NCBI RefSeq assembly: GCF_018977255.1
Contig: NW_024704742.1
Location: forward strand, 126,854,001-126,918,000
DNA from: Callorhinchus milii
Taxonomy: Eukaryota
Length of the DNA: 64,000 nucleotides
Direction of reading: 5' to 3'
Shown here: positions 1 to 13,120 of the stretch, one piece after another
How the letters are laid out: each line of letters opens with the position of its first letter
Position numbering within the stretch: position 1 is the stretch's first letter
Translations under genes and position numbers: made by a program
Notes under the pieces: model-generated
What the model was told of the DNA's origin: nothing
Database searches by the model: none
Seen by the model: only the letters and a program-made list of their open reading frames with translations

Positions 1-1272
1 TTCATCAATCTTAGTGAGCAACAATTCTGATCCAGCTTCTAAGCCACTGACTAGTCCAAGTGTGCCTTCGGATTCCTTTTCACAAATAATGAAGGTTTCC
101 CCTTTTTGTTCGTTCAAACACATTTCGTCTGCAGTATCTACTGAAGGCAGCAAATTATGCTTATGTCTTGTTGAGGATATGTAGGTGGAAACATCAATCC
201 CCATACTCTGTAACTGGTAACATTTGGTGGAGAAGAGATCCCAGTGTTCAGGACTGGTACACATTGCTATAATGGGTCTTGGTTCTCCTATTTGAATGTT
301 CCCCATCAAATCTGATCGATACGTTTCCTTGATATGGAACAGGTGTTTAATGTCATCAAAGCAATCATCCTTAGATAAAAGACTATAAATGATATTTTCT
401 ATATTTTCATTGAATTCTTCAGGAACATTGTAAAAGCACAGCATTACATCTTGTGGGTCTATTACTTCATCCAACTCGTGCAAAGTAATTAAGTCACTTG
501 ATGACTGAAATCTATTTCTCAACCACTGTATTTCATTTAACATAGCATCTACACAAATGGACACTTCATCCACTGAACCCTTTAGCGAAGACATCTGGGT
601 TTGTAAGTCTATAATGCCTTTGTATATTTTATTAATTCCATGCAACTCTTTAAGTATAAATTCAACATTATCCTCTGACTGGTTTAGTGAGTACTTATTA
701 TCTAAGCAAAATCTGTAAGCATCAACAGTTCGATCAGCACTTATGTCAGGTGCATCAATGAGCAGATCTTGACTGTTTAACTCACTGAATATTTCTTTGT
801 GGTTAAATGTTTGCAAACCATTAATCCATGGAGTGTTGTCCAGAGGTTCTCTATTTGGAAAACGAGTCCTATTTTGTTCGACTGCATCTTGGCCTTTTGC
901 ACAATCATTCATTATTTGTTTCTCCATATTACATACTGTTGCTGGCAAATTACCTTCTTTGCCTGTAGAAGACTTGAAGCCTATTCGTTCATAGCTGGAA
1001 TCCACAGTCTTTAGATTCTCTGATTTGAGGCCACATACAAACATATCAGTTTCAATTTCAACAGAAGGACGGCAGTCTCTGAATCTGGACAAGTTAATAT
1101 CTCTACTGTATCGTAATACTCTCTGCATTTTGTGCTTCAGACTTAGTGAAATGTTGGACTTTGGAAGTTTCTTTTTCTTCAGGGTTTTTGTCTTAGATGA
1201 TTTGAATTTAAAAGGAATAGTAATGCTCTTTTTCCTTTTTAAATTGTAAATTTCATTTCTAGAAAACATCAT
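1..1272 (-). CDS. UNC13B: Brain-isoform (bMunc13-2-type) alternative N-terminal exon, partial; runs off the window start
   Basis: Open frame 1272 to 1 with no stop, absent from ORF track; ATGs at 1272/1269 and 1128 (MQRVLRYS, cf. recalled rat MKRLLRES); DNVEFILKELHGINKIYKGIIDLQTQMSSLKGSVDEVSICVDAMLNEI matches recalled bMunc13-2 DVVEYIIRELQGISRL...GSVDEVSSCVDSVLSEI. Confidence 0.9.
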   Translation of the reverse strand, partial: MMFSRNEIYNLKRKKSITIPFKFKSSKTKTLKKKKLPKSNISLSLKHKMQRVLRYSRDINLSRFRDCRPSVEIETDMFVCGLKSENLKTVDSSYERIGFKSSTGKEGNLPATVCNMEKQIMNDCAKGQDAVEQNRTRFPNREPLDNTPWINGLQTFNHKEIFSELNSQDLLIDAPDISADRTVDAYRFCLDNKYSLNQSEDNVEFILKELHGINKIYKGIIDLQTQMSSLKGSVDEVSICVDAMLNEIQWLRNRFQSSSDLITLHELDEVIDPQDVMLCFYNVPEEFNENIENIIYSLLSKDDCFDDIKHLFHIKETYRSDLMGNIQIGEPRPIIAMCTSPEHWDLFSTKCYQLQSMGIDVSTYISSTRHKHNLLPSVDTADEMCLNEQKGETFIICEKESEGTLGLVSGLEAGSELLLTKIDE

Positions 1273-4200
1273 TACATTGCATTTACAATTAAAACATGCA
1301 GTTTGTAGTTAATATGTACTACACTGAAAGATTTCCTGTGCATTTATAGGTTCTACGTTCTTAAAACACTTTGAGTTGTTACCCACCGTGAAAGGTGCTA
1401 CAGAAATTCAGGTGTTGTTAACCTTTTTCCTTTATGCATTAGTTTCCAGGTTGGTGGTAAGTAAAATGCAGGCTAGTTCACAGATGCTTGAAACAAAACT
1501 ACAGAAACACAGAAACCATAAATTAATCATTTCATAGATTCTAAGACAAAAAAATTATGTTTCAAAGTACAGTATTATGAGCTGGCTTGTAAATGAATCT
1601 TACTTACGATAGCTATATGGTTTCTGAAATATATAAATTTACACCATTCCTTAAAGGAGCAGAAAGATCAGTTAACCACTGCAATTATATTACAGATAAT
1701 CCACCAATTAAAAATACAGGACTAAAGAAAATGTAGATCAGGCGGTACAATTCATTGCAAGCAGAATAACATTCCTGCTTCTCCGCCAGTGTATGAGGAA
1801 CATTGTTAGGCCCTCTGGTTGCCTGATCCCATTCCCAGTGTCACCATGAATAGCAGCGAATACAATACGCTCCTTGTTAGGTCAGTTACTTAAGGTGATC
1901 TGGAAGGGTTGGAACCAGTTAAATTAAAGGGTGTGCTATGTCCTGAATAAAATCCTTTGAAAATAAAATATAATATACATCTGTATGATATACAGTTGAG
2001 GTAATAATTAAAAATGTGCTCACATACAAAGTGGTTTCTCTTGATTAATACATTATAATCCAAAGAACTTCATTCATTTTAATTCTGTCACAAATTAACT
2101 AATTGTTAAATTTACAGCAACATTAAATGCAGAAAAAGAGTTGCAAAGTACAAGAAGGCTATTTCTTAGCATCTGGTAAAATGCAGATGGAAGAAACTCC
2201 TTTGAGAGTATTTATTCTGGCTGAGTGCCGCAAAAACTAAGCAAAAAAATTACCTACCATGTCCTTACTTCTATCAATGTACGTCTTCATTAATGACCTA
2301 GGTTACCAGATTTCAAAGCAGAAATGTTCATTCCCCCTGAGGATGCATTGATAAAGCTTCTATGGTGCATCATTTTTTCTGTTAGATCATTAGTGAATCC
2401 AGCCTCACATCTGACTACCAGCCAGCTTCCCTGCCTTTCTCACATCATCATACTGTTAAAAATAAATGTTTAAATGTAAATTTCATCTGCCATCTGTCGT
2501 TCGGCAGCACTCCAAATATTGCCACACATTAAACTCTATTCATACATTTTGGAATTTTCTCTGAGCCAAGGAAGAAAAGTAATCACAATGACCAATATAC
2601 AAACTACTCATAGCATGGAGTGTAAAGGTTTGTTGATAGAATTTTTTAAAAAATTGGTCAAGTAGTTCAAATATATTTTGATTTAATAATGCACAAACAT
2701 TTTTAAACATCTCTGATATTGGGAATGTTGGATATAGACCAGAAATTATTAAACAGTTGCTGGTATTGAATGTCCCCTGGGGTTATTAAGTGGGTTTGGA
2801 TCTGCTGCAATATGCCTGATAAACTGAATGGAGCCACTTTAGCTACTCCTAATGATAAGCATCTCTGGCTGGCCTTGTGCTGAGAAAATGAGTCACAAGG
2901 ACTATGTTAAAACAACGATTATACTCTTCTACAGAAAACTGAGAATTGTTTTGTTTTACACCAAAAGTACACCAGCGAGACTTGCTTTCCCCATTAAAAG
3001 AGAAATGCAAGTTAAAGGAGAAATCCTGAGAATGCTAACTGATCCACTGATAATCTGTGCAAATTACTTTGTTGAAAGAAAAGTTGATAAAGAGTTGGAG
3101 TAAGCAAGAGCGGGGCAAGAGGCAGGCAGTGAGCAGCTGAGAAACAGAAAAAGTATGGAATTCAGAGGCACTGAAAGAGCAAGAAGGCACAGATAGTTTG
3201 TGTATGTGTGGCCTGCTGACAAATCTGGGCTATCTTGGCTCAAATTTAGAAAGTGTCCACTTGGCGAGGTATCAAAGGGCTGTTCGCATCATAGGGACCA
3301 TACCCCAGCAGGCATCAGTGCTCAGGAGCCAGGAGAGGGGCAGTCATTTTAAATGAGCAAAGAATGCTGTGAGCAAATTCTTTACCTAAAGTCAGACTGC
3401 ACCATTGAGATACTTATAGAAGCTCACAAGCTGGTTTAGTTCATAAAACTACATCTTAAAGTGAAAGTCAACTCCATGAAATTCCTGGTTCATACCCTTC
3501 TCTGTTCTGAGTTAGCTGCTCTCATCTGGATCAACTCAACTAAAGAGGGAAAAATCAGGTTGTGTATCCATTTCTGAGATCTATGCAGTGGACAATGCTC
3601 AGAAGTTCACATGGATGGAGACTGGTTGAAGACAGGATTATGTTTGGCTGTGTTACCCCATCTCCATTTAAACAACTTTCCTTCTGACCGACTCATGGCT
3701 TTGACAACTGAACAAGGTAGTGGAAAATATCTGGGATAAAAACCCAGCATGAGTTTGTACCTTTAGGTGAGGGAGAGTGAAGGAAATTAGAGGCAAGTAA
3801 GTGAACCGAACACAATCTTTTTTAAATAAAGGATCAGATTTTGGAAGGCGGATTTTGTTCCTTTAGCTCATTACTAAAGCTTCCCTTTATCACAAAATCA
3901 TTCTTGAATAGTCAACAGGAGTCTGAAAACCATATCATTTCATGAAGATCGAGATTCTAGGTGCCAATATTAAACAATTTACAATAATATTCCTTGCATT
4001 TGATGTAGTGCCTTATCACGTCTTCGAGACATCTCAAAGCACCTCACAGAATAAACTGTAAAGTAAATTGACTATCTTGTACAGCCTCATGCTGAGTTTT
4101 CTTACAGGCTTGTGAATCTTTGACTTAACTGGAAATAGTCAAGTAGCCTTACAATCTTACTTTCTGGTGGTAAAATGGACATGACAAGAGTTAATGCCAA

Positions 4201-4987
4201 ACAAGCAGTACAAGCTGACACGGCACTTGGAGTATCATTTACAGTTCTGCACCTTGCCTGTAAGCCAAGAACAGTCTGAAGTTTTAAATAATGATACACA
4301 GTGCCAACTGGGTTTACTGTGGATTTAAACCCCTTTCTTTTGCTTTATTCTCAGTTTGCTGTGAAGGTAACAGTTTCTCTGGGTGCAGCTTTAAAACTGC
4401 TCCAATATATTATTTATCCCTTCACCTTATGTCTTCTACCGTTGCCTTCAAAACCCTCTTAAAGAAACTTATTTTTTTTGACCGTGCCTTTGCTGAACAC
4501 CTTCAAAGTCCACCTCTATGGCAATCCCCATCTCTTTTATAAAGCGTTTCATGACATTCATTTTCCGTGGATGGTGGTGAATAATTGCAAGTTATTATAT
4601 AATTTTTCAAACTCAAGTAAAAAAAATCCAAGTGCTTAAATGATACACAAGGTATAACTATAGCTATTGTGCTACATCCCTGGTGTAAGTGATTAATAAA
4701 ATTCCAATAGAATCTTCATCTTAAAATTTTTAAAGCACAAACTTGGGGTAGTATTGCCTGAACCTCCTAGAATTTAATCTGCGTCTAACTGAAATCACAA
4801 CTGAATATAAATGACAATGCATTTATCCGCCACGGCTCATTAACATAGCCCAAAAGCATGCTGTTTTGTCGATACACAGAGACTTGGGAACTAAAAATAG
4901 ACATACCTGTCAAGTTTTTTTTTCTTTCAATACATTTGAACTGTCCATGTCATGATAGACATCGCTCATGGTTGACTCATCTCCAAC

Positions 4988-5102
4988 CTGCACTCTTGAT
5001 AAAAGTCCTCAGCTTTCTGTTGAAGCTAATCCATCTAGCTAAGTTGTACTCAACCTTAATAATGACATGTACAATGTCGCTGTGAAGATTGTGGCATTCC
5101 AT
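4988..5102 (-). CDS. UNC13B: Candidate short alternative first coding exon (MECHNLHSDIVHVIIKVEYNLARWISFNRKLRTFIKSA)
   Basis: ATG at 5102, 38 codons, then CAG|GTTGGA (weak donor, phase 1); amphipathic basic helix; located where alternative N-termini are expected. Confidence 0.45.
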
Positions 5103-6879
5103 ATATCACTCAGCTGGATGCTTTTTGGGCTTTTTTTCCCCCTCTCTCTGACTTAGAGCTGCTTAGCAACAGCTGGCTCCTATCTTCCTCATTATCCACA
5201 GTCAAATTGACAGTGCCTGATCATGGTGTCAATCCCACTCTTTAAACCTGCCTCCTGCCCAAAGCGGTACACTTTAGTTGAAAGCACTGACTGTGCTGGC
5301 CAACCACTAGCGGAAATTCAAAAGGCTAGTACAATTAAGCTGTCAGGACTGACTTACTTCAGAAGGGAAACAAATATATAGAGGATTGTACAATAGCAAT
5401 CCATATGATGTGTAATACACCGTTATTCCTGGCTTTTGCCAAAATCAATTTGATTACACTGCTTAAAATGTAATTATAATGTACACAGAAAAAACCCATG
5501 AAAACATGAACATTATCTCTTTTGTGACAATCATAGGGTGGCAGGTTTTAGAATGTTGGATTTTTTGACGAACACAGAGAAACGGAATTGCAAAGAAAAC
5601 AGCCATTGCCATTATCTGGAAGGCAATGGCTAATGCATCGAGTCGACAAATAGAATCGTGAGGAGGATGCCACACCAACATGATGATGCTGCAAGTCATC
5701 TCCCCGCAAAGCAACAATTACTTTGCACTATAAGAGGTGAAGCCAGCTGCAGGATGTGAAAATGATGCATCTTCATTCACTTTGGAATACGTTATTTTGT
5801 CAAATTAGTTATTTTTGCCTTTCTTTGTACGTACACCCAAAATACATACAAAGAAAATCACCAGAACCAAATACACTAATATTCTACAGTAAAGAGATAA
5901 TTAATGAGCAAAGAAATTTAAATCTCAAACGCAAGCAAAACCTACTTGATATGCAACTTAGTCTCATAGTATCCATTCATTCCATTCCTCTGCCATGTGG
6001 GAGGAATGAGTTATGTGGAACAATTAGACAAGGCTCTTCAGTTTTCAAAGGTGCCAACTTAAAGTGAACTTTATGGACGAATACAAGATTTGAAATGGAA
6101 TTAAGAAAGTAAACACTGTATGTGAGGGGAATGCTAGACCATTGTGTGAGGGAAATACAACAAAAGGCGAGAAATACAGTGTAAACAATTTCAGAATTTT
6201 TTTTGAATCAGTGACAATTCTGTTTTTAACTGAAACCTCACGGGTTGACATTTAATCATTAAACACAGTAAACTCCTGATATATCGTCATTCCAAGGAAA
6301 AGAGCTCGGTGACTCTGTATCCAGTGAGGCAAGAACTAAAATTTCTACTCACAAAGGTCTTGCCGCAACTCACCAGGATGTGAGTTTATAGATTTATAGG
6401 CGAGTGATGAAATAAAAGGGGGACCTAATTCAGATTTTGCATGGCAAGTGCCCGGGATAGTGACAGCATGATGATACAAGCCAGGCTCTTATTATCGGGG
6501 GTTCATTGTATCTCTTTACTGAGTATTTATGCTAACAACATTTACAAGAGCTGGGATATTGCACTGTTTTATAACAACTTTTTAAAAAGTTCACCTTTAT
6601 TCAATGAGCAATAATATATTGTCTGAAATAATTTTTTTAATCTTTCTTTGGACTAAGGTTGCAGGTGAATGTGACAGGTAATTTGTGCACAGCAGTGTCC
6701 TACAAACAGCCATAAAATGAACAAAGTGAAATTATCTGGGGGGATTGTTGGCCAGGACACTGGGAAAATCTCCCTTCTCTTTTCCAATAAAAAAATCTTT
6801 AAAAATGATTTCCATTAACATTCTTTTCTGAGTTTTTTTTTAAATCTAAGGCTATTTCTGTTTTAACAGTCGTGGATTG

Positions 6880-7079
6880 AGTGACGAAAATATTATTTTT
6901 GTAAGGCATTATTACCCTCAGAAAGCGATCCGTCAATCAACTAACAACTGGGTTCCCACTTACTGCAAGGTAATCAGAGACATGTGGAGTAATGAAGCTT
7001 GCCTAAGTATTTGCCCCGCCCAGGAATCGAACACGGGTCCTCTCGCTTGCGAGGCAAGTGCTCTAACCACTGAGCTACA
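6880..7079 (-). mobile_element. Older related SINE, 5' part
   Basis: Reverse complement gtagctcagtggttagagcacttgcctcgcaagcgagaggacccgtgttcgattcctggg. Confidence 0.75.
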
Positions 7080-7819
7080 TAATCAGTTTCTGAAATTCGT
7101 TGGGAAGCAGGGCCTGAAAATGTCACAAAAAAATGGTGGGAATCTTGAAATGAAGATTGTGTGTTCTCGGCTGTTTTGTCACATTAAACTACTTTTCACT
7201 TTGGTTGTTCTTATGGTGGGTTACTGCTTTGCACCACCTATATCAATCGTTACCCTTGCATAAAACCTACAAAGAGAAAGCTGAAGAAGGACTTCAAAAG
7301 CTAAGAATTAAATTTGACCACAGCTCATCTCTTTTTACTCTTAATTTGGCGACTGCTGAAATAATCATAAATTCTATAACTTTAGTTAGTCCAACTAAGA
7401 CAAAAAATATACATCTCTTTAAAGTGTACTTTTATTAATTGCTTCAATGTGTAATCTTTGATTAGAACAAAAATCATATCCCTAGTAAGATGAGCTTTTT
7501 TTTTGGCTGCAGCAAAATCTGTGGGCTTTAACTCTATTTCCACCGTGGGTTTTATTGGACTGAAACATGAATTACAATCACATTCTGATTATCCCACACA
7601 GTATCCTTCCTCCCAAAGGAAGGATGGACATGTGTAATCTCAGAAGACAAATCCCTAGGTTCACACACCGAGCACTCCTGCAATTTATAAATATATTTTT
7701 ATTACACAATCAGAATTTTATCTATTCAACAACATTTTAATTTTCTCTTTTGTAATAACAGCCACTACCGAATAGCAAGTTTCCTTATTCCACACGTCTT
7801 TGTTTATCTGGCAGAAAGT

Positions 7820-8058
7820 ATGAACCCACTTGTTGGTCGATTGGTGGATCACTTTCTGGAGGTAATAATCCCTCCAAAAAATATAATAATTTGGTCACTC
7901 AATCCACCACTGTTTGTGGGACACTTCTGTGCGCAATTGTCTGCCCCGTTTCGCCAACAAAATACACACTTTATAGTATTTTCTGTGACGCGTTTTAAGA
8001 CGTCTCAAAGACGTGATAAGGCGCTATATCAAATACAAGGAATATTATTATTATTATT
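7820..8058 (+). mobile_element. Older SINE, 3' part (similar partial copies at ~3985-4075, 9860-10050, 47690-47822, 51305-51420, 51785-51960, 57495-57605, 62020-62110)
   Basis: ctgtttgtgggacac core and gacgtgataaggcgctatatcaaat..aagg(att)n tail. Confidence 0.75.
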
Positions 8059-9416
8059 ACCTGCTCTGGAGAGAATGTAATCTGTAAATGTTCTGGTCAT
8101 GCGTTCTCAGCTACTTGCTGATTGAAATAAATTTAGAATTAAATAGTGGTGGTCTGAAACATAGTATTTCATAATCCGTATTCTACTTCACAAATGGGGA
8201 CTCTTCTGGTACCCCGAAGTATGTCAAGCCAATCTACAGGTATGCCAATCTCAAATGAGTTACTTTTGGAGTGGAGATTCTGTAAATTGGCCAAGATTTT
8301 TGTTCTTGTTGACCTTACGTTTTGGTCGATCAACAAAATACATTTTCTTGATTGAATATTTCTTGATTTATGGTACAACCAATCGAACGCTGACTTACCT
8401 AGACTTTTGTGAATGTTCAGGGGAAGGGGCATCTTGACGGTTCCATGGGCCACTTCCGGCCTGCTAGCCACAGGTTGGTCACCACTGCTCTAGACCTTAC
8501 ACAATCAGATGGTGCTATTGCAGACTTTTAGCTCTGTAATGTAACTCGATCCAAATCAGAAGTGTGTTAGTTGCATCTTTATTTGTCAATCCAAACTCTC
8601 AAGAATCCAGCACTCTAAACCACACACTTTGTCGCACTCCCAGTGGCCTTTTATACTTTTTTTTATTGGCCCTTTGTTAATTGTCAATTTAATCTTAAAA
8701 GAAGTATCCAACAAGCTCCCTCTGTATCTCCTCCTCAATTTTTGGATGTACACGATGCAGTCTCTTTTGTAAAAGGTGAAGTCAAAGTTAATCTTATCAG
8801 TTGTAGGTACCAATCATCCACACACCTGCAAATACCTGAGTACTTGACATGATGTTCAAGCATCGTCTTTGAGACAATTTTAAACAATGCTGATCTGCAA
8901 ACAAAAATTGGCACAAATGTAACAACATTGCACTGAATACAATACATGGATGTATGGGAGAAAAAGGTAACTAAACCCATTACATGCTGCCTTATATACA
9001 TATGCAGGATTCTGGAATTCAAGTGGTGGAGAGCGCCCTCCAATCTCACAAAGTATTCAGAAGTCTTCTAGGAAGCTGGTCCCTGTTATTGTTTCCCAAC
9101 TTTTTATTCCAATGTGGATCTCAATCAAGTATTGCGAAGAGAATAAGGAGCGAGAAGGAGCACAAGCTCATCACTCGTGTGACAGGCCTGAAATTAAACT
9201 TGGTTTGAAGTTAGCCATCTTTTATCACACACCCACAATGCACACACAGATGGAGCAACGAGATGCTGAAATTCAACAACATGAAGCCAATGAAACAAGA
9301 TCAGAGGTTTGAACAAACAAACTAAAAAAACACGATACAACAATTGATCTGGATTTGTGTTTCATACATTTGGAAACAGGAATAGTCATAAGGCAATGGA
9401 TATACTTTAGTCCTAC

Positions 9417-9507
9417 CTCTCGGATCTGCATTCTAACTTTGTTGATAGCTCGAATCCAGCGTGCTCGAGCAGGAGGGAATGGGGGAGCTTCATCTACATC
9501 ATTGTAG
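9417..9507 (-). CDS. UNC13B: UNC13B calmodulin-binding exon (YNDVDEAPPFPPARARWIRAINKVRMQIRE)
   Basis: Acceptor ttgtttgtctAG, donor GAG|GTAGGA; phase 2 to 0; W-x3-I-x2-V 1-5-8 CaM motif of Munc13-1/ubMunc13-2. Confidence 0.95.
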
Positions 9508-12009
9508 CTAGACAAACAAAAAATAATTCTCAATAAATACCAGTAGGCCAAATAAATTACTTGAATGTGTTTACTGTTTGTTCTAAAAATTTACAAGAAC
9601 AAAAATCAGTTGAAATCAGAAAAAGGCTATTCAACAATTCAAACACATCTCTTCGCCAGACCATGTGCAGCTTGCTCTATTACAGACTCCGCACAATATT
9701 TAAATCTCTTAAACAAAGGTTCTGCAAGGTTTCTTTCTGTAACAAATGTCCTTTGGATGAGATGTTAAACTGAGGTCTTGTCTGCCTGCTCAGGTAGATG
9801 TTAATATCTCAAGGCATTACTCGAAAAGAGAAAGGAGTTTCTCCCAATGTCCTGGCCAACAAATCCACCAAACAAAATTGGTCATTTACTCCATGGTTGT
9901 TTATGAGACATTGTTGTGTGCAATTGGCTGCCATGTTTCACCCACAAAATACAGTCATTCCACTTTACAGTATATCCTGTGAAGTGGCTTTGAGATGTCT
10001 TGATGATAACGTGATAAGGCATTATATCAAATACTAGGGTTATTATTGTTATAAATGTATTCAATAGTGCTGAAGATACTGAGTTTTTAATGGCCTGGTA
10101 CTGGAGTTACAGTTTTGAATCACTTAAAGGACACTATGTTTGCAAAAGGGGAAAGCAGGGAACAACAAGCCTGTATTTGTCCACAGACCGATGTACAATG
10201 TGAAATCCCAGAATACGAGTTGAACTCTATCAACTTTCTTTTCCACATTGGATGGTTGTTTCCTAATGATGACTTTCACAGAGTTCCAGAGGCACAGATT
10301 GTAAACAATATTTGTTTGCTGCCAAGAGACATCACCTCGTACTTCTGAGCAGAATGGCTGAAACAACATGAGTTAAGATGCACTGGTATGGAATTAAAAT
10401 TCTGCCCAAGGTTAGCCTGACTTCCCTGTAACTGGTCATTAATCTGACCTACTGTAGGTTTTCAGAAAAGGTAAGTTGATTCTGACACTATTTTTAACCT
10501 GGCCACAACCACAATTTTGTGTTAGAAAATAACAGTTTTTTTTGTTGTATGCCTACCGAACACATTTCTAGATTTGACTTGACAGCGGCGGGGAGTTAAG
10601 ATTTCCAGTGAGATGTAGTCTGAAGAATACAGTGTGCTTCAGCGTGCCTCGCTGTCAGTTTCTGGTGCGAACTTGGTCACTGAGCCTTCTGAATTTGATG
10701 ATTTATATCCACGGGAAACATCAATCAGCATGTTACTAATGGGCTGCAGTGATGCAGTGAGCAAAAATGGCAACAATGTGCTACTCAACTTCCAGTCAGT
10801 TCAGCAGGACACATACCATCTACCACTGTGTTTAAGCAACACAAACAGCTGGAAACATGAATGTTCCTCTATACTTTATAATATTGCAACAAATACAGTG
10901 GCAACTTAAATGATAACACAAATTTACTGTGAGAGATCTTTCTCTTCGACTGAGAGAATACAATTGAATATGCAACATTTTATTCAGAATTTCAAATAAA
11001 TCATTTTATTATTTGCCATTAAAATTATTTTTAAACTGTAAAACTATGGTTCACATTTTTTTGATGCATCAGAATATTAGTTTTATTTAACCTGCACCAG
11101 ATGCTCTCCAAAATTAGGTAAGCAGGATGCATCCTTCCATGGAAAGAGTTCACATTCCATACAAAGAAAATTGACATATGTAAATGGCATTTATATGCAG
11201 AATTCTGTCTAGTTTGGATACTCTTTACTAATAAAATCAGCTGGGTGTGCATCAGGCACCCGGCTGACTAATAAACACTTCAAAACACTTTTGTGTGGAT
11301 AAATAGCTGTAATACTGCGGGATTGAAAAAGTGTTCCTTGTGTAAGTGGTTGTAATACTGGTGACTCATTGCCAAGAAACAACATCAAAATGTAACCTGA
11401 GCTTTCTCCAGAAAATCTTGCATAAACCACAATGACTCAAGAGATCTCAGCTCCAACCTGAAAGCATCTTGAAGTCTCAAGAGTCGGTGTGATGCACAAG
11501 AGTTTCTCTCCAACAAAAAAATATTCAGCTCACCTCACCTAGCACTTTGTACATTGGTGAGGCACCACTAGTGTTATCACTTAAAATTTCACTGCCTAAA
11601 CCCCATTGAATAAGTTGTTTGCAATGCTGGCTCATAAAAAAAACTTGATGGAAGATTTTCATATCTGGACTTCAATAATATTTATTAAAGACATGTAATT
11701 TATTTAAAAAATATTATTATTTAAGATATTCTAATTACTTTTTAGGAAATATTTCATCAACATTTGAAAACAGAATTTATCAGCTTGCTTCCAATAAATG
11801 GACTTAAAGTACACCTATTCATAAATATAGTTACTTTTTCAAAGTCTTTCAAAGGGATTGATTGCCCCATTGTAAAAATGTTTCAGAAATGAATGTTATT
11901 ATAAACCGATCAGTAGAAAGAAGATAAAATTGTCTTAAAAACTAAGACTGGGTAGCTTTCTGGGTCAATATTATCTAAATATTGTGCTATACATAAACTA
12001 GCTACTCAC

Positions 12010-12342
12010 CTGTCAAGTGGTTTTGCAATCACCTCCAGCTGCTGGGAGATACTGTCGCAGGGAATTTCTGGTAAAACTTCATTCAATTTCTCATCTTTTT
12101 CTAAATCTTCACAAAGTTCAGCTTTCTCGCATTCACTCAAGTTCTCCTGCTCTTCATCGTGGCTGTTGTGCCATTCCTGTGTGTTTGGCCTTAAAGTTCC
12201 TGAGCCTTTAAAGGACTCTCGATCACACCTGTCCTCTGCCTCAGACCCATGGATGCTCTCATTGTCACGGTCAAGTTCACTAAGTTGAGAGCTGCCTTGG
12301 CTGAGGTTTCCTGACGAGCCATATCTGCTACTTCCTGTTGGG
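12010..12342 (-). CDS. UNC13B: UNC13B coding exon ([25 protein letters not shown]...KPLD)
   Basis: Within ORF 12006..12497; acceptor tttgtctacAG, donor AG|GTGAGT; 333 nt, phase 2 to 2; matches recalled ubMunc13-2 [24 protein letters not shown]. Confidence 0.95.
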
Positions 12343-13120
12343 CTGTAGACAAAATCAGAAAGTTTAGCTACTAACTCAAAGCTGTTGCACCAAAGCTTAC
12401 ATGTATAGTGCATAGCAGTCATTAATAATCGGTAGTTTAGCAGTACTTGAATATGATATTTTGCAGCCAATGTATTTGACCCCAATTTGCAAACCATTCT
12501 GAATCATTTTCTCATACATGTTCCAAAAAACATCAATTGCCTATCCATCAGAAACATTTTGTGCAAGTAAATTTTAGGTTTGATTCAAGAATTCCTGGCT
12601 TGTTCAATAATGTAGACTGTTATGCATACATACATAAACCTTAGTTAACTCAATTTTTTGTTTTGGTTCCTTTAATGATCATACTTCAGAGTATGTATTC
12701 AGTGGCATATATTAAGGAACGGTGACAAAACACAGCACCAAAAGCAGCAGGTGCTACTACACTTAGCACACTAAGGACAATACTGCCGCATGGTTACCTT
12801 CACAGAAAGCAAACTACAGCTAAAACTTCCACAAAGCACATTGTAAATGAACTGCACGTTTTGTATGTAAGACGTTTCAGTTGCATTAAATAGTAATTCA
12901 AATTATAGGTAATTAAACAGAGTCAGAGGACTGCCATAATGTTATGGCATAACGTAAGAAAAGTAGATATTTTAACAGGAATAACATACAAACAATTAAA
13001 ATGCAAGGAGAAAGGTTTCAAACAAAAAACACCAAACTACTTCAATATGCCTACTTTATAAATTGCATTATAAATGGTCAACCTACTGGTGCCATTTATC
13101 ATGCGTAAGCTAAGACTGGC

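Noticed and set aside
1608..1623. 16-nt microexon (tatatttcAG...GTAAGT) linking the 5102-4988 exon to the acceptor at 1259
   Set aside because: Phases fit but the join reads GAA ACC ATA TAG (stop); at most a UTR exon, with no support
8144..8496. hAT-type MITE ending ggttggtcaccactg|ctctagac
   Set aside because: The right end looks genuine, but I could not find a convincing left TIR or matching TSD
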